A stretch of DNA of 49,350 nucleotides from Cyanophora paradoxa CCMP329. Taxonomy: Eukaryota; Plantae; Glaucophyta. Both the position numbers and the translations under genes were made by a program. Position 1 is the first letter of the stretch; the number at the start of each line of letters is the position of its first letter. The stretch is taken from positions 1 through 49,350 of the forward strand of contig QPMI01000309.1 in assembly GCA_004431415.1 (NCBI GenBank), in the 5' to 3' direction. The notes under the pieces are model-generated. The model was not told the origin of the DNA. It made no database searches and saw only the letters and a list, made by a program, of their open reading frames with translations. Positions 1 through 11,400 of the stretch are shown piece by piece.

Positions 1-2734
1 GGTCCGTGGCGGTGCGGAGGACGGCGGCGCCGCGGGCGCGCAGGCGCGCAGCACGCGCCGCGCGAACGCCGTCTTCCCGTACCCCGCCTCGCCTGCGGGG
101 CGGCTCGCGGGCGGGGCGGGGGCGGGGCGGGCGGGGGCACCGAGGAGGACGAGGTGGAGCCGCGGCCGCGCTCGAAGAGGCCGTCCACCGCCCGCATCGC
201 CGCCCCAGCTCCTCCTCCCTGGCCCCCGCACCCGCCCTCAACCGCCCCGCACGGGCCGGGCCCTCCCAGCCCCCCCGCAACGCGCACCGGCCGACGAGCG
301 GCGGGGCCCGGCGCGCCCCGCGGCGGGCCGAGTGGCGGCCGGAGAGACGGGAGGAGAGGCGGGCGGAGGTATTGCCGCGTCCAGGGCTGCGCGGGGTGGC
401 GGCGCCGGCCGCGGAGCTCGCGGCGGCGCTCTCGGCCTCGCCCTCCGCCTCGGGTCGGCCGTCGGGCTCCTCGGCGGCCGCCGCCGCGCGGAAGACGACG
501 ACGGGGTCGGGGAAGCCCTTCGCCGCCACCGCCGCCCGCGGCTCCAGGCTCACCGCCTGCCGCCCCGTCTCAGCGCGCACGCGCGAGCTGCGGGGGCTGG
601 GGGCGGGCGGACGGCGCGGCGGCGGGAGGCTCTGACGGCGGCGGCGGCGGCGCCTCGACGAGGACGAGCTGCGCGGCGCCGGGGGCCGGGGCGCGGAGGC
701 CCCGCGGGGGCCTGCAGCTGCAGGACGGCCTTGCGCGCCGCCGCCATCACCCGCGCCTGCCGCCCGTGAGAGGCGCCGGCGCCGGCGCCCCCGCGGCCCC
801 GCACCGCCAGGATCACGCAGTCCCCTGCGCCCCGGCCCGGCCGTCGGCCCCGGCGGCGAGCGAGCGCAGCCGCGCGGGCGGCGGGCGCACCGACGATGGC
901 GTACTCCTGGCGGCAGGGGGCGCCGAGGGGGCCGCAGAAGGCCTTGCCGCCGGCGACCTGCGGGCGGCTCGAGCTCGCGGGGCGGGGCGGGCGGGGGCGG
1001 GTGGCGGACGGCGGCGGCGAAGGGCTCGCCGGCCTCGGCGAAGGCGGCCTCCAGCGCGAGCGCCGCCCGCACGCCCGCCCCGCGTCTGCGCCCCGTCGGC
1101 CGCGCGGCGGCCGCGCCGGCGGCGGGGGCGGGGCGGGCACCGTCCTCGTGGGCGTGGCCGGGGAGGCCGAAGCCGAGCAGCGCGGCGACGCCCTTCTCGT
1201 CCACGAACACCTGCCCGCCCTCAGCCGCCGCCCCCGGGGCCCGGCGGGGCTGGGCGGGGCGGGCCTTGTTGAGGGAGCCGCCGTAGTCCGCGGCGGCGGC
1301 GAAGAGGCGGCGGACGACGGGCTCGAAGCGCGCGCAGTTCTCCGCCCCCGCCTGCGCCGTCGCCGCCAGCCCCGGGAACGACGCTGCCGCCCGTCGGCCC
1401 CGCCCCGCCAAACCCGGCGCGGCGGGGCGGCACCGAAGACGACGTAGACGTGGCGGACGGAGGCGAGGAGGCAGCGTGGCCCGCCGACCGCACGATCGCT
1501 GCGCCCCCGCTCGCCATCGCCCCCGCGGGCCGGCGGGGCGGGCGGGCAGGCGGGGCCGCACGGGGCAGGAAGGAGAGGACGGTGTGGGCGAGCGGCGCGA
1601 GCAGCGGCACCGCGCGCGCCGCCTCGGGCCCGAGCGCGGCCCCGCAGGCGCAGGGCGGGCCGGGGCGGGGGCCGGGGCGGGCCGGGGCCGGGGCTGCGCG
1701 GCGGCGAGGAGGAAGTGGGGCCCGCGGGGCTCGAAGGCGAAGGCGCCGAGGGGCGCGAGCAGCGCCCGCGCCTCGCCGAGCACACGATCTCCGTCCCGCT
1801 CGACGCCTCCTGCGCCCCGCACACTGCGCACGCCCCCGCCCCGCTCGCAGCGCGCGGGGCGGGGGGGCGGGGCGGGGCACGCGCCCTGCCGAACGAGGTC
1901 GCCGCCGAAGACGAGCGCCGCGGCGCGCCCCGCCTCGCCGGCCGCGTACCCCTCCAGCTCGCCGGCCCCGACCCTGCGCCCCGCTCAGCGCCGCGGCGGG
2001 CGGGGCGGGCGGGGGGCGGGGGGGCGGGGACCCGGTGTGGACGTGGAGGGGCAGGCCGCGGCGCTCGAAGCGGAGGGCGGCGATCTCGAGGGCGGCCTCG
2101 GCGGCGAGGCGCGCCGCCTCCGCCAGGCCCCGCCCCGGCCCCACCGGCAGGAACGCCACCAACGCGTCTGCCCGCCCCCCCCGTCGGCCCCGCCCGCCCG
2201 CCCGCCCCGCCCGGCCCGGGGCGCACCGCCGGCGTAGAAGAGGACCTCGGCGGAGCGGGCGTGGAGGGCCCGCACGAGCCCCAGGAAGAAGCCGTTCAGC
2301 GTCCCCGTCAGCTGCGCCCTCGTGAGGCCGGCGGGGCGGGGCGGGGCGGGGCGGGGGGCGGGCGCGCGTTCTCGGCGGCGGCCTCCTCGTCGGCCTCGAG
2401 GAGGTCGTGGGCGAGGCGCGAGAAGCCGCGCACGTCGCAGAAGAGGCCGCCCCAGCGCCCGCGACGTCGCCCCCCGCGCCCCCGCCCCAGCTCCCCCAGC
2501 TGCACACGCGTAAGCCCCTCGGCCCCGGCGGCGGGGCGGGGGGCAGGGGCGGGGGGCGGGCCTGGGCGAGGCCCTCGGGGCGGCGAGGCAGCGGAGGGGG
2601 AGGAAGGGGCCGGCCTCGGCGAGCGCGGCGGCGGCGGCGGGGCCCTCGTCCAGGTCCTCCACCCGCGCCCTCGCCCCCGCCAGCGGCTCCCCCGCGAGGC
2701 CCCACGCGTCGCCCGCCCCCGGCCCCGCCTTCAT
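1..2734 (-). CDS. Soluble adenylyl cyclase type 10 (ADCY10/SgcA)-like protein: two class III cyclase domains plus P-loop NTPase; multi-exon, 3' end outside the window
   Basis: Manually spliced exons give C1 motifs LFCDVRGFSRL, LTGTLNGFFLGLVRALH and VLFYAG|DALVAF; C2 motifs VFVDEKGVAALLGFGLPGHAHED and GKAFCGPLGAPCRQEYAIV|GDCVILA|ARVMAAA; then AKGFPDPVVVF, PLVGR|EEEL and Walker A GEAGYGKT (~70-92). The start codon is tentative and a few 1-nt frameshifts sit in GC runs. Confidence 0.8.
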
Positions 2735-3466
2735 TCCGCCCGCGATGTCGATCCTAGGCCTCTTCGCGCCGGCGCTGCAGCTGGCGCTCGCGCTCTGCCT
2801 CCCGCCGCTAATTATAAAGGGCCTCGCTCAAGCAGGGACGCGAGCACTCGCCCGGAGCGTCACGTGCACGGGTGCACTGCACGCTGGACGGAAATTGCTG
2901 CATGCGCACCCGCCGGCCTGGCGCGGTGCGGCGCGGCCGCGTCTTTGAACCGATGTCCTCGAGCTCGAGCTCGAGCTCGCCGAGCAGCACCGTGGCGCTG
3001 AATTGGCCGGGTCGACGTCGCGGGCTGCTTTAGCGCGAGACAAGCTCCCGCCAACTACAGCTGTCGATTATATATACCTCAGGCAGCCGCATGATGGCCC
3101 GCATCCACGCGGCTCGAGCTCGACGCGCGGCCGCGGCGACTGGCCGCGCGCGGGGCTCAGCGGCTACCGCTATAGAGAGGCTACCGCTCCTGCAGCGTCC
3201 TGCAGGCCTGGCTGCAGCTCCTGCTCAGGCTGGCACAGCCTGGCAGGCTGCTGCATGCGCACGCGTACGTACTACGTACGGCCTCGCCGACGGCGCCTTT
3301 TCGAATTCAGCAGCGAGTTGTGGGGGACCCGGGGGGTATACGGCTAACACACGCCCGGCGTCGCCGGCCCGACGGAAAAAAACGGCATGATTGTGAAAAT
3401 TAAAGCGCCGGACCGCCGGTCCGCCGGCGCCGCCCGGCGGCCGCCGCCCGCCCGGCCGGGCCGCCG

Positions 3467-3574
3467 TGTAGTGCGCCAAATAAAATGGCGCGCCATCTTA
3501 TTTTTATGGCGCACGCTTTTGAGCCATCGCAGAAAAAAATGCGCCGGCCAGCGCAGCCGGAGCTTGCGTTGGGG
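3467..3574 (+). repeat. Left terminal inverted repeat of the transposon
   Basis: Reverse complement of 8042-8150 with one substitution and one 1-nt indel. Confidence 0.95.
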
Positions 3575-3631
3575 GGGTTACTACGACTCGCAGCGTATGA
3601 TGCAATAGTACTATACTACTAGGCTAGTCCA

Positions 3632-3819
3632 ACGATCATGAGTCATGAGGCTAACTAGTCGGGTTCTAAAGTTGAACTACGATCATGAGTCATGAAGCTT
3701 AGTAGTCCGGTTCTAAAGTCGAACTACGATCATGAGTCATGAAGCTTAGTAGTCCGGTTCTAATGTCGAACTACGATTATGAGTCATGAAGCACATTAGT
3801 CTGGTTCTTAAAGCGAACT
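3632..3819 (+). repeat. Subterminal tandem repeat, 4 x 47 bp
   Basis: Unit ACGATCATGAGTCATGAAGCTTAGTAGTCCGGTTCTAAAGTCGAACT, with variants, starts at 3632, 3679, 3726 and 3773. Confidence 0.95.
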
Positions 3820-4156
3820 ACAGCCAGGGTTCTTGAAACGCACGCACACAAGTAGACTAGCTATAGTCGTGTTCAAGATCTAAAATTGTACTATGACAAT
3901 GAATGTAGTATCAATAAAGTATAGTAGTAGTAGCAATAAAGTATAAATTATAGTACATGATTCCTAAAGAAGAAGAAGAGTATATATGTATAAGACACGC
4001 CCCAGCCGAGCGCGCGCTGCATGCAGCCTGGCAGGACACAACGCATTCCCAACGCATGCGTTGCGTTTCCGTTGCACACCCGGTTCCCTCTCTCAGTTCC
4101 CTTTCAATTTTCGCATCTCTGTCAGTTCCCTTTCAAGCAAATTTCTGACAAACACT

Positions 4157-7100
4157 TCATACACCATGCCTAGTGTTGGCCATATTCTGCTGGAATGTCT
4201 GCATCATCATCTGAAAGTGCTGCATCATCTGCTGCATCTGCTGCATCTGCTGCTCCATGCTGGGTGCCGGGGGCATAACTGGGCGCACAGGGCTCGAGGA
4301 CATAGCTAGCCTAGACTGAGGGGCTAGTGGGTAACATGGTGCTGCCAAGGCGGCTTCAAGCTCTGCCTGCGTGTAACTTGGCCCGGAGTTGGGGAGGACA
4401 GGCACCCCGTGTGTGTCCCGAGGTGCGGGCCCAACTCGAACTGGCCCACGAATGGGAGAGCTGGATCCAGAGGATGGCAGGGTAGAAGAAGAGAAAGACG
4501 GCCCCAGAGGGAGTGGGGACCAATAACGGGAACCGCCCCTGGGACTGGGCCAAGACCCCTCGCAATTGGGGCTGACCCAACAGGGGGCAGCACCACCCCA
4601 GGTGCATAGTGCGGCAGAGGTGGCGGGCGTGGGCCGGGCGGAGCCGCAGCACGGGCCGGGCCGGGCGGGGCCGCAGCAGGAGACGGGGCGGGCGGGGCCG
4701 CAGCAGGAGACGGGGCGGGCGGGGCCGGAGCGCGGGACAGGCCGGGCGGGGCCGCAGCAGGAGACGGGGCGGGCGGGGCCGCAGCAGGAGACGGGGCGGG
4801 CGGGGCCGGAGCGCGGGACGGGCCGGGCGGGGTCGCAGCAGGAGACGGGGCGGGCGGGGCCGCAGCAGGAGACGGGGCGGGCGGGGCAGGAGCGCGGGAC
4901 GGGCCGGGCGGGCCCGCAGCAGGAGATGGGGCAGGCGGGGCCGCAGCAGTAGACGGGGCGGGTGGGGCCGGAGCGTGTGCTGTGGCTGCTTGGGCTGCAC
5001 GTGCTGCGGCTGCTTGGGCTGCACGCTGAGCGGCATCCTCCTCCTCTTTCTTGAGATAAGCTAGAATTCGCAGCTTGAGAGCCTCCTTGTTACCTGTGTG
5101 CGGCAGGTTTGCAGCACGGAGGAATGCCTGCAGGGGCTTGTTGGTGGTGTGCATGCCAGGGGCCAGAAGCTGCGAGAAAAAGGAAATTAGAAGAGGAAGT
5201 CCAACGCAACTGCACCGCAAGCGTTGAATTGAAGAACGCAAACGTGTGCTTTGCGTTGCTACAAAAACGCACCCGTCGTATCCCATCAACAGACGGGATG
5301 GGGCCGTACTTGTCGTCGACAGGGCCATCTGCTGTTGCATTGTCGGCGACGATCGATTCTGCCGTTGCGCCACGCTGGCGCGGAATGATTTTCTCCCCGA
5401 CACTGGCCGTCTCCGGGTAGATGCGCTCACGCTTGTTCTTGCACCCGTACTTGCTGCACTGGCAGCTCGAGCAGCACACCAGGCCGCTTGTGAAACAGCC
5501 GCATTTCTCTGGAAGGCAGCCATCCCTGCACTTGCACGGGTCCACGTCGAGACCGGGGGCCTGGCCACAGAAGCTCTTGAATGCTGTCATGAGAGGAACG
5601 GTGCCGTTCATTATGTTGTTCGCACGGTTCTCCTCAATTGTCTTCCAGATTGTCTGCATACCTGCACCAGTTTTTTGATGAGTGTGCAACATTCGTGCAA
5701 ATGGGACTACCCCTGCACGTACCGCCCACGAGGTTCATGTTGATCAATTGTGCTCCCTGAATGGGAGTGTCAATGAAACCCGCCATCGTCCTGATCGTGT
5801 AGAGGCCATGCGGGACGTCCACCACTTCTGTGACGATCCCAGGTACCCTTGCTTGTAGGAGGACGTGCATGCCGAGCTGTTTGACAAGGACGGCCACACG
5901 ATCCCCGATACTGTAGATAACAGGACCTGCTCCCTGCTTCTCCGCGCACGCCTTCATCTGGTCTCTGTACACGGCAAGCCGTGCGCATGCCTGGACATTC
6001 CCGAATGCACGCACAAACTGATCGATCTGTCCAACGCATGCGTTGAGAATGCGTTGGATGAGAGTGCGACAAAATTTGCAATGAAAAGACGATCAGCAAC
6101 TTCGCCTGCGCACTTTGATTCGCAAGCCTCCAAGATGAGGAAACGAGTGTAGTGGTCCTGCGTTCGCCGTTGTTCGTTACCGGATGCAGAAATCTGCGCA
6201 TGACCGTGCCGAAAACTGACCTTTATGGCCAGGACAAATGCCCAGAATCGCGGAATGACGTCCGTGACAAAGACCGTCTTGTAGCAGCCCGGAAATTCGG
6301 GATCCGGGATTTTCTTCTCGTACCGGCACACGTGCACTGCTTGCTCCCAGTACCAGACCCTCTCGAGCTCGCCTGAGCTCTCATTCCACTTCCACCCCGG
6401 CAGCCACTCCTGCAACTCCCAGGTAAATTTTAACACGCGGCCAGGCGCATCAATAACAACATCTCACCATGCGGGGGCAGGGGCCCCATGCCTTGGGCAT
6501 CTCAAAGAAGTCGACAATTGCCCGATCCCAGAAACCAATCACCTTGATTGGATGGAGGATCCCGTCGGGCTGCCTCCTCTTGTTCTTGAGCTTGCAGACT
6601 GGACTGCAGCCCCATCCCCACGACCGCAGGTGAGTCTTAGTCACGATTGGTTTGTCGGCGGACAGAAAACTCACCAAATCTTGACGTAGATGCGGACCAG
6701 GTAGCGAGGAATCGCGTACCTTTGCTTCGCATTGTTGTATACACCGGTGCCACCTTTGTGCCCGCTCTCAAGGTGTTCGCGCTGCGCACGATCATGACCG
6801 CGTCACAAACAGTGCAATGCAGTGGACATAAAAATTAAAATGTATTCTGTTCAACGCATGGTCAACGCATGTGTTGAGAATGTCCAACGCTAGCAACCCA
6901 ACGCTTGCGTTGAAGATGCGTTGCGCGTGCGCAGAGAATTGCGTTGTACCGCGATCGCACCTGGATGCAGATGAAAATGTCCTCGTCACACACCAGCTCC
7001 CTGCCCAGTGGGGGGGCGTCGCCCGAATTTCCTCGCTTCAAGCGGTTGTCAACCTGCTTCTCCACCACCAGCCGAAGCTTGCGCCTTGGCCGCGGGTTGG

Positions 7101-7893
7101 GCATGGCGAGCTCCTCCGCTGTCAGGTTGTCTGTCGGATCTGGAACCTCGCGCAGCGTGTACTTCCCCCTCATGAACTCGCGCCAATTCTTCACCCGCTT
7201 CACATGCTCTGGGCTGCCGCTGGGCTCGGGCGCGTCCGGGTTTTCGAGGATGTACTTAACGTGTTCGATGTCGGCGCGAGATAGCAGCACCGCTCCGGGC
7301 TTCACACGCTGTATAGCGGCTCGATATTCTTCGAAAGTTACGCGCTGCACTGATGCTGCTGGGACCGGTTCAGCGCCTCGGGATTCGGCGAACATCCGCT
7401 GGACTCGGTGGCGAAATTCGGTGGTGTCGATGCGCTTGCCGGCTGCTGCGGCCGAGCCCTTCTTTTGTTGTTGCTGCCTCGAGCTCGAGCTCGAAGCCGC
7501 TGCCTCTGCTGGCTGTGATTCTGAAGCTGCTGCGCCATCTGCGCCCACAGCTGCAGGTGCTGGTGGCTGCTTCCGAGGGCGCCCGCGCGGCCGCGGCGGT
7601 TCACTAGTATTTGGCCGCTTTCGATTACGCGGCTTACTGCTCGAACTCGCCGCCTGTCCGCTCGAGGTGGACGGCGCCTGCTGGCCGCTCGATGGTGCTG
7701 ACTGCTGTTGGTTGCTCGATTGCGATGACGATGCCGCTGCTGCGTTGCTGGGCATGTCGATGCGAATGTTAGGAAACAGAGTCTTGCACAGGAAGTTATT
7801 GCCGCAGAGCCCGGACAGATTCTCTGCGGGTGGACACCTGCATTCGAACTTGTTGGGAAGGTCTCTGACATCTGGATGCTCCCACCACCTCAT
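4157..7893 (-). CDS. Spliced Ginger/KRBA2-type integrase (transposase): AT-hook, H2C2 zinc finger, partial integrase core, CXC domain, SAP domain, Pro-rich and Gln/Met-rich tail
   Basis: AT-hook RPRGRPRK (~7570-7596); spliced REHLESGHKG...YVKIC|PVC (H2C2); FWDRAIVDFFEMP (first catalytic D); FVLAIK|DHYTRFLILEACESKCAGEVA; YSIGDRVAV...VPGIVTEV...GLYTIRTMAG; CKCRDGCLPEKCGCFTSGLVCCSSCQCSKYGCKN; LQAFLRAANLPHTGNKEALKLRILAYL (SAP). Start and last intron are tentative. Confidence 0.8.
4640..4970 (-). repeat. Coding 27-bp minisatellite (AAAPPAPSP / APPGPSRAP units) inside the transposase
   Basis: Repeated GCAGCAGGAGACGGGGCGGGCGGGGCC-type units with a three-unit higher-order pattern. Confidence 0.9.
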
Positions 7894-8041
7894 TGCTGAT
7901 GTGCCTAGGGCCGCGCCTTCGGGCTCGGTGCGCGCGCGCGGCTCCCCGACCGCTTCCCGCCAGTGCGGTCCTATACCGGTAGCCCGGCGGTAGGCTATAA
8001 TGATAGGCGATTTCGATCGCGACAGCTAGCCTAGCAGTACT

Positions 8042-8150
8042 CCCCAACGCAAAGCTCCGGCTGCGCTGGCCGGCGCCTTTTTTTCTGCGATGGCTCAAAA
8101 GCGTGCGCCATAAAAATAAGATGGCGCGCCATTTTATTTGGCGCACTACA
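8042..8150 (-). repeat. Right terminal inverted repeat of the transposon
   Basis: Reverse complement of 3467-3574. Confidence 0.95.
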
Positions 8151-8430
8151 CGCCGGGCCGCCGCGGACGTCGACGGCGCGGCCGGCGCGCGGTATCGAAT
8201 TCGAAGCGCCTGGGGGCCGGGGCTCGGGAGCCTCGGGCTCGACTCCGGCGGAGTCCAGCGGACGTCTCCGGGCCTCCGGCCAACCGTCCGGCGGTCACCT
8301 CTGCCAGGCTGCGCGCACGTGTTTGCAACCGGCGGCGGCTCGCCTGCCCAGGCTGCCCGCACGCCTGCGCCACAGGCGGCTTGCCTGCCGACCGCGGGCG
8401 CGTCGGGAAGCTTGGAGCTTGGTGCATTCA

Positions 8431-11400
8431 CTAAGAAGACTTGGGAGAGGGGCGCGTGCGGGGCGGGCCCCCCGGGCGATCACGTCCCCGCGGGGTGCCC
8501 CGGCCAGCCCCGCGAGCTCTCCAGCGCGAGCGAGCGCTCGGCCGCCCCCGCCGCCCCCTCCCCGTGCCCGGGCGGCCCGTGCCGCGGCGGGCCGGGCGGG
8601 GCGGCGTGCGGGGCCCGGCGCCCGGGGCGAAGAGGGGGCCCTCGCGCGGGGCCGCGGGGGCGAGGGAGGCGAAGAAGGAGGGGCCGGGCCCCGCCCCCGA
8701 CCAGCCCCCGGCGCCGAGGCCCCGGGCCCCGCCCGAGCGCCGGCGCCGCCCCCGACCAGCTGACCCCGTGCGGCCGCGGCGCCGGCGGCCGGGGGGCGCC
8801 CCGGGGAGGAAGACGCGCCGCATGTCGGGGGGCGGCGGCGAGGGGTCCGGGCTGGCGGGGACGGCGAGGGGAGGAGCGGGGCCGGGGAGGCGGCGGGGTC
8901 GGGGGTCGGCGGGCGGGCGCGGGGCGTGGCGGCGCCGCCCTCGGCGAGGTCGGCCTCGCAGAGGCGGCAGAGCTTGTCGGCCAGCTCTGCGCCCCCGCCC
9001 CTCAGCGCCAACCGGGGGCGGGGCGGGGGCGGGGCGGGGGCACCGACGACGAGGACGGCGCGCTCGTCGGCCACCACGCGGCGCACCGCCCCGGGCAGCC
9101 CGTGCCGCGCCGCGAAGCCCCGCCGGTCCCTGCCGCCCCGTCGCCCCGCCCGCCGCGCCCGGGGCCGGGGCCGGGGCCGGGGCCGGGGCCGGGGACGGGG
9201 GCGGACGGGGCGGCGGCGTGGAGGTCGAGGACGGTCTTGAGGAGGTTGACGCGGACGCGGGCGTCGGCGCGCGGCAGCGGCGCCAGCAGCAGCGACACCA
9301 GCTCCGACTCCCCCAGCGCCTCGTTCACTCGCTGCCGGCGGGCGGCACCCCCTCAGCCCCAGCGGCCCAGCCTGCCGGCGGGGCGGGGCGGGGCGGGGCC
9401 TGCGCACCCGTGCGACCTTGATGATGCGGTCGAAGGGCTCCAGGATGCGCGCCAGCGACGCCTGCCCCGCGCCCCCTCGCCGGGGCCCCGGGGCGGGCGG
9501 GCGGGCGGCGGGGCGGGGGCGGGCCTGGGAGGGGGCGCGGAAGAGGGCGAGGAGGCGCTGGACGTTCTCGGGCGGGAGAGGAGGGCCTCCGCGGGGCCCG
9601 CCTCCTCCGCCAGCCACACCGCCACCGCGTCGATCGCGTTCACCTGCCCCCCCGCCCCCGCTCGCTCGCCCCCGGCCCCGGGCGGGGGGCGCGGGCGGGG
9701 CGCGGGGCGGGGCGGGGGCGGGCGCGCCTGCCAGCAGTCGGGGACGGTGAGGAGGGAGAGGTAGAACTCGAGGGCGCGGTGCCGCCAGAGCTCGGCGCGC
9801 GCCCGCCGCCCCGCGTGCGCCAGGTCGCACAGCACGGGGATCGCGAACTGCTTCAGCGGCGAGTTCCGCTCGATGATCCGCATCAGGTGCGGCACCACGC
9901 CCGCCACCGCCGCCTGCTCCTGCCGCCCCCGGTTGATCTTGCACAGGTTGTACAGCGTGTTCAGGACCTGCCGCCCCCGCCCCGCCCCCTCAGCGCCGGC
10001 GGCGGGGCGCGAGGGGCCGGGGCGGGGCGGGGCGGGGCGGGGGCGGCGGGCCTGGTTGTGGACCTCGTTGACGTGGGGCCCGTCGGGGGCGGCGAGGAAG
10101 CGGACGAGGGGCGCGAGGGCGCCGGCGCGCTGCAGCGGCTCCAGGGCGTTCGGGTCCAGCGAGAGGTTCTTCACGCACCGCAGCAGCTTCACCAGCACCG
10201 ACGCCGGCGCCCCCCGCGCGCTCAGCGCCCGCACCACCCCTGCCCAGCCCCCGCCCCGCTCGCCCCGGGGCCGCGGGGCGGGGCGGGGCGGGGGCGGGGG
10301 CTGGTGGCGCACGGCGGAGGACCTGGGGGGTGGACATGTAGGCCTTGACGATGGAGTCGGCGTGGGAGAAGAGGAGGAAGAGGTCCGCGATCCGCTCCAG
10401 CGCCCCCTCCCACTCCGCCCCGCCCCGCCCCGACCCCCCCTCCTCCCCCTCCCCCGCCACCTCCTCGTCCGTCCCGTCCTCCCCGTCGGGGCGTGCGCGG
10501 GGGCCGTCGAGCAGGGGCTGCGGGGCGTGAGGGGAGGGCGGGGCGGGGCGGGCGGGGCGGGCGGGGCGGGGGCGGGCACGTGGCGGGCGGGGAGGGGGGC
10601 CTCGTCGAGGATGGAGAGCATGACGGCGACGAGGCGCTCGAGGAGGCCGCACTTGGCGAAGAGGCGGCAGAAGTCGTTCTTCGGCGTCGGGCTCTGCAGC
10701 TCGAACACCCGCCACACGCCGTCGATCGCCAGCCGCACCAGCGCCGCGTTCGCGCTGTACGGCGCCTCCAGGAAGCTCACCAGCGTCGGCAGGCCCTTGC
10801 ACGCGATGAACATCTGCCCGCCCCGCCCGCCCCCTCAGCCGGGCGAGGGCCGTCGGCTGGGAGCCCGCGCCGCCGGCTCGCCTGCAGCGTGAGGGAGGAG
10901 CCCGGGGTGACGGCCGGCGCGGCGCACATCTGCCGCACGAACTGCGCCGCCTGCGGGGGGCGGGGTCGCGTGCCGGGGGCGGGAGGGGGCGGCGGGGCGG
11001 GGGAGGGTGGGGGGCGGGCGGGCCTGGAGGCGGACGTCGGCGGGCTGGGAGGGGGCGGCGAAGCGCATGACGAGGGGGATGACGCCGACGAGGCAGAGGT
11101 TCTCCTTGAACTCCCCGTTGTCCTCGATGATCTGGTTCACAACCTGCCCGCCCCCGTGTCAGCGAGAGGCCGGCGGGGCGGGGCGGGGCGGGGCGGGCCT
11201 GGAGGACGGCGTGGAGGATGCGGGCGTTCTCGGTGTCGAGCATCTCCATGATGGGGATGACGCCCCGGTGCGTGATCAGGTGGCCCTTGGCGAGCGGCTG
11301 CTCGCGGAAGATGCCGACGAGCTTGGCGCACGCCGCCAGGATGACCTCCTCGCTCTCGCTCGGCTGCAGCGTCGCGATCAGCTTCACCACCTCGCCCCCC

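Larger units (their letters stand above)
3467..8150 (-). mobile_element. Ginger2/TDD-like integrase-type DNA transposon, 4684 bp, probably non-autonomous
   Basis: Termini TGTAGTGCG...CGCACTACA, ~108-bp near-perfect TIRs, 5-bp direct repeat CGCCG at 3462-3466 and 8151-8155, lower GC than the flanks, and an internal integrase-like gene. Confidence 0.9.

Noticed and set aside
896-960. AFCG..CRQ as an FCS-like zinc finger
   Set aside because: The context (EYAIVGD..LAARVM) identifies it as part of the cyclase C2 domain.
150-1090. Single-base frameshifts in the cyclase gene (also in the kinase and membrane-protein genes) as pseudogenisation or programmed frameshifting
   Set aside because: They fall in G/C runs and motifs are intact on both sides, so sequencing error is more likely. 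Raw reads are needed to decide.
3632-3819. 47-bp array as a mini-CRISPR
   Set aside because: Units are contiguous tandem copies with no unique spacers.
3455-8161. Mutator-like 9-11 bp TSD (GCCGGGCCGCC) for the transposon
   Set aside because: This alternative parse is possible in GC-rich flanks, but TGT..ACA ends with a 5-bp TSD fit the encoded H2C2 integrase.
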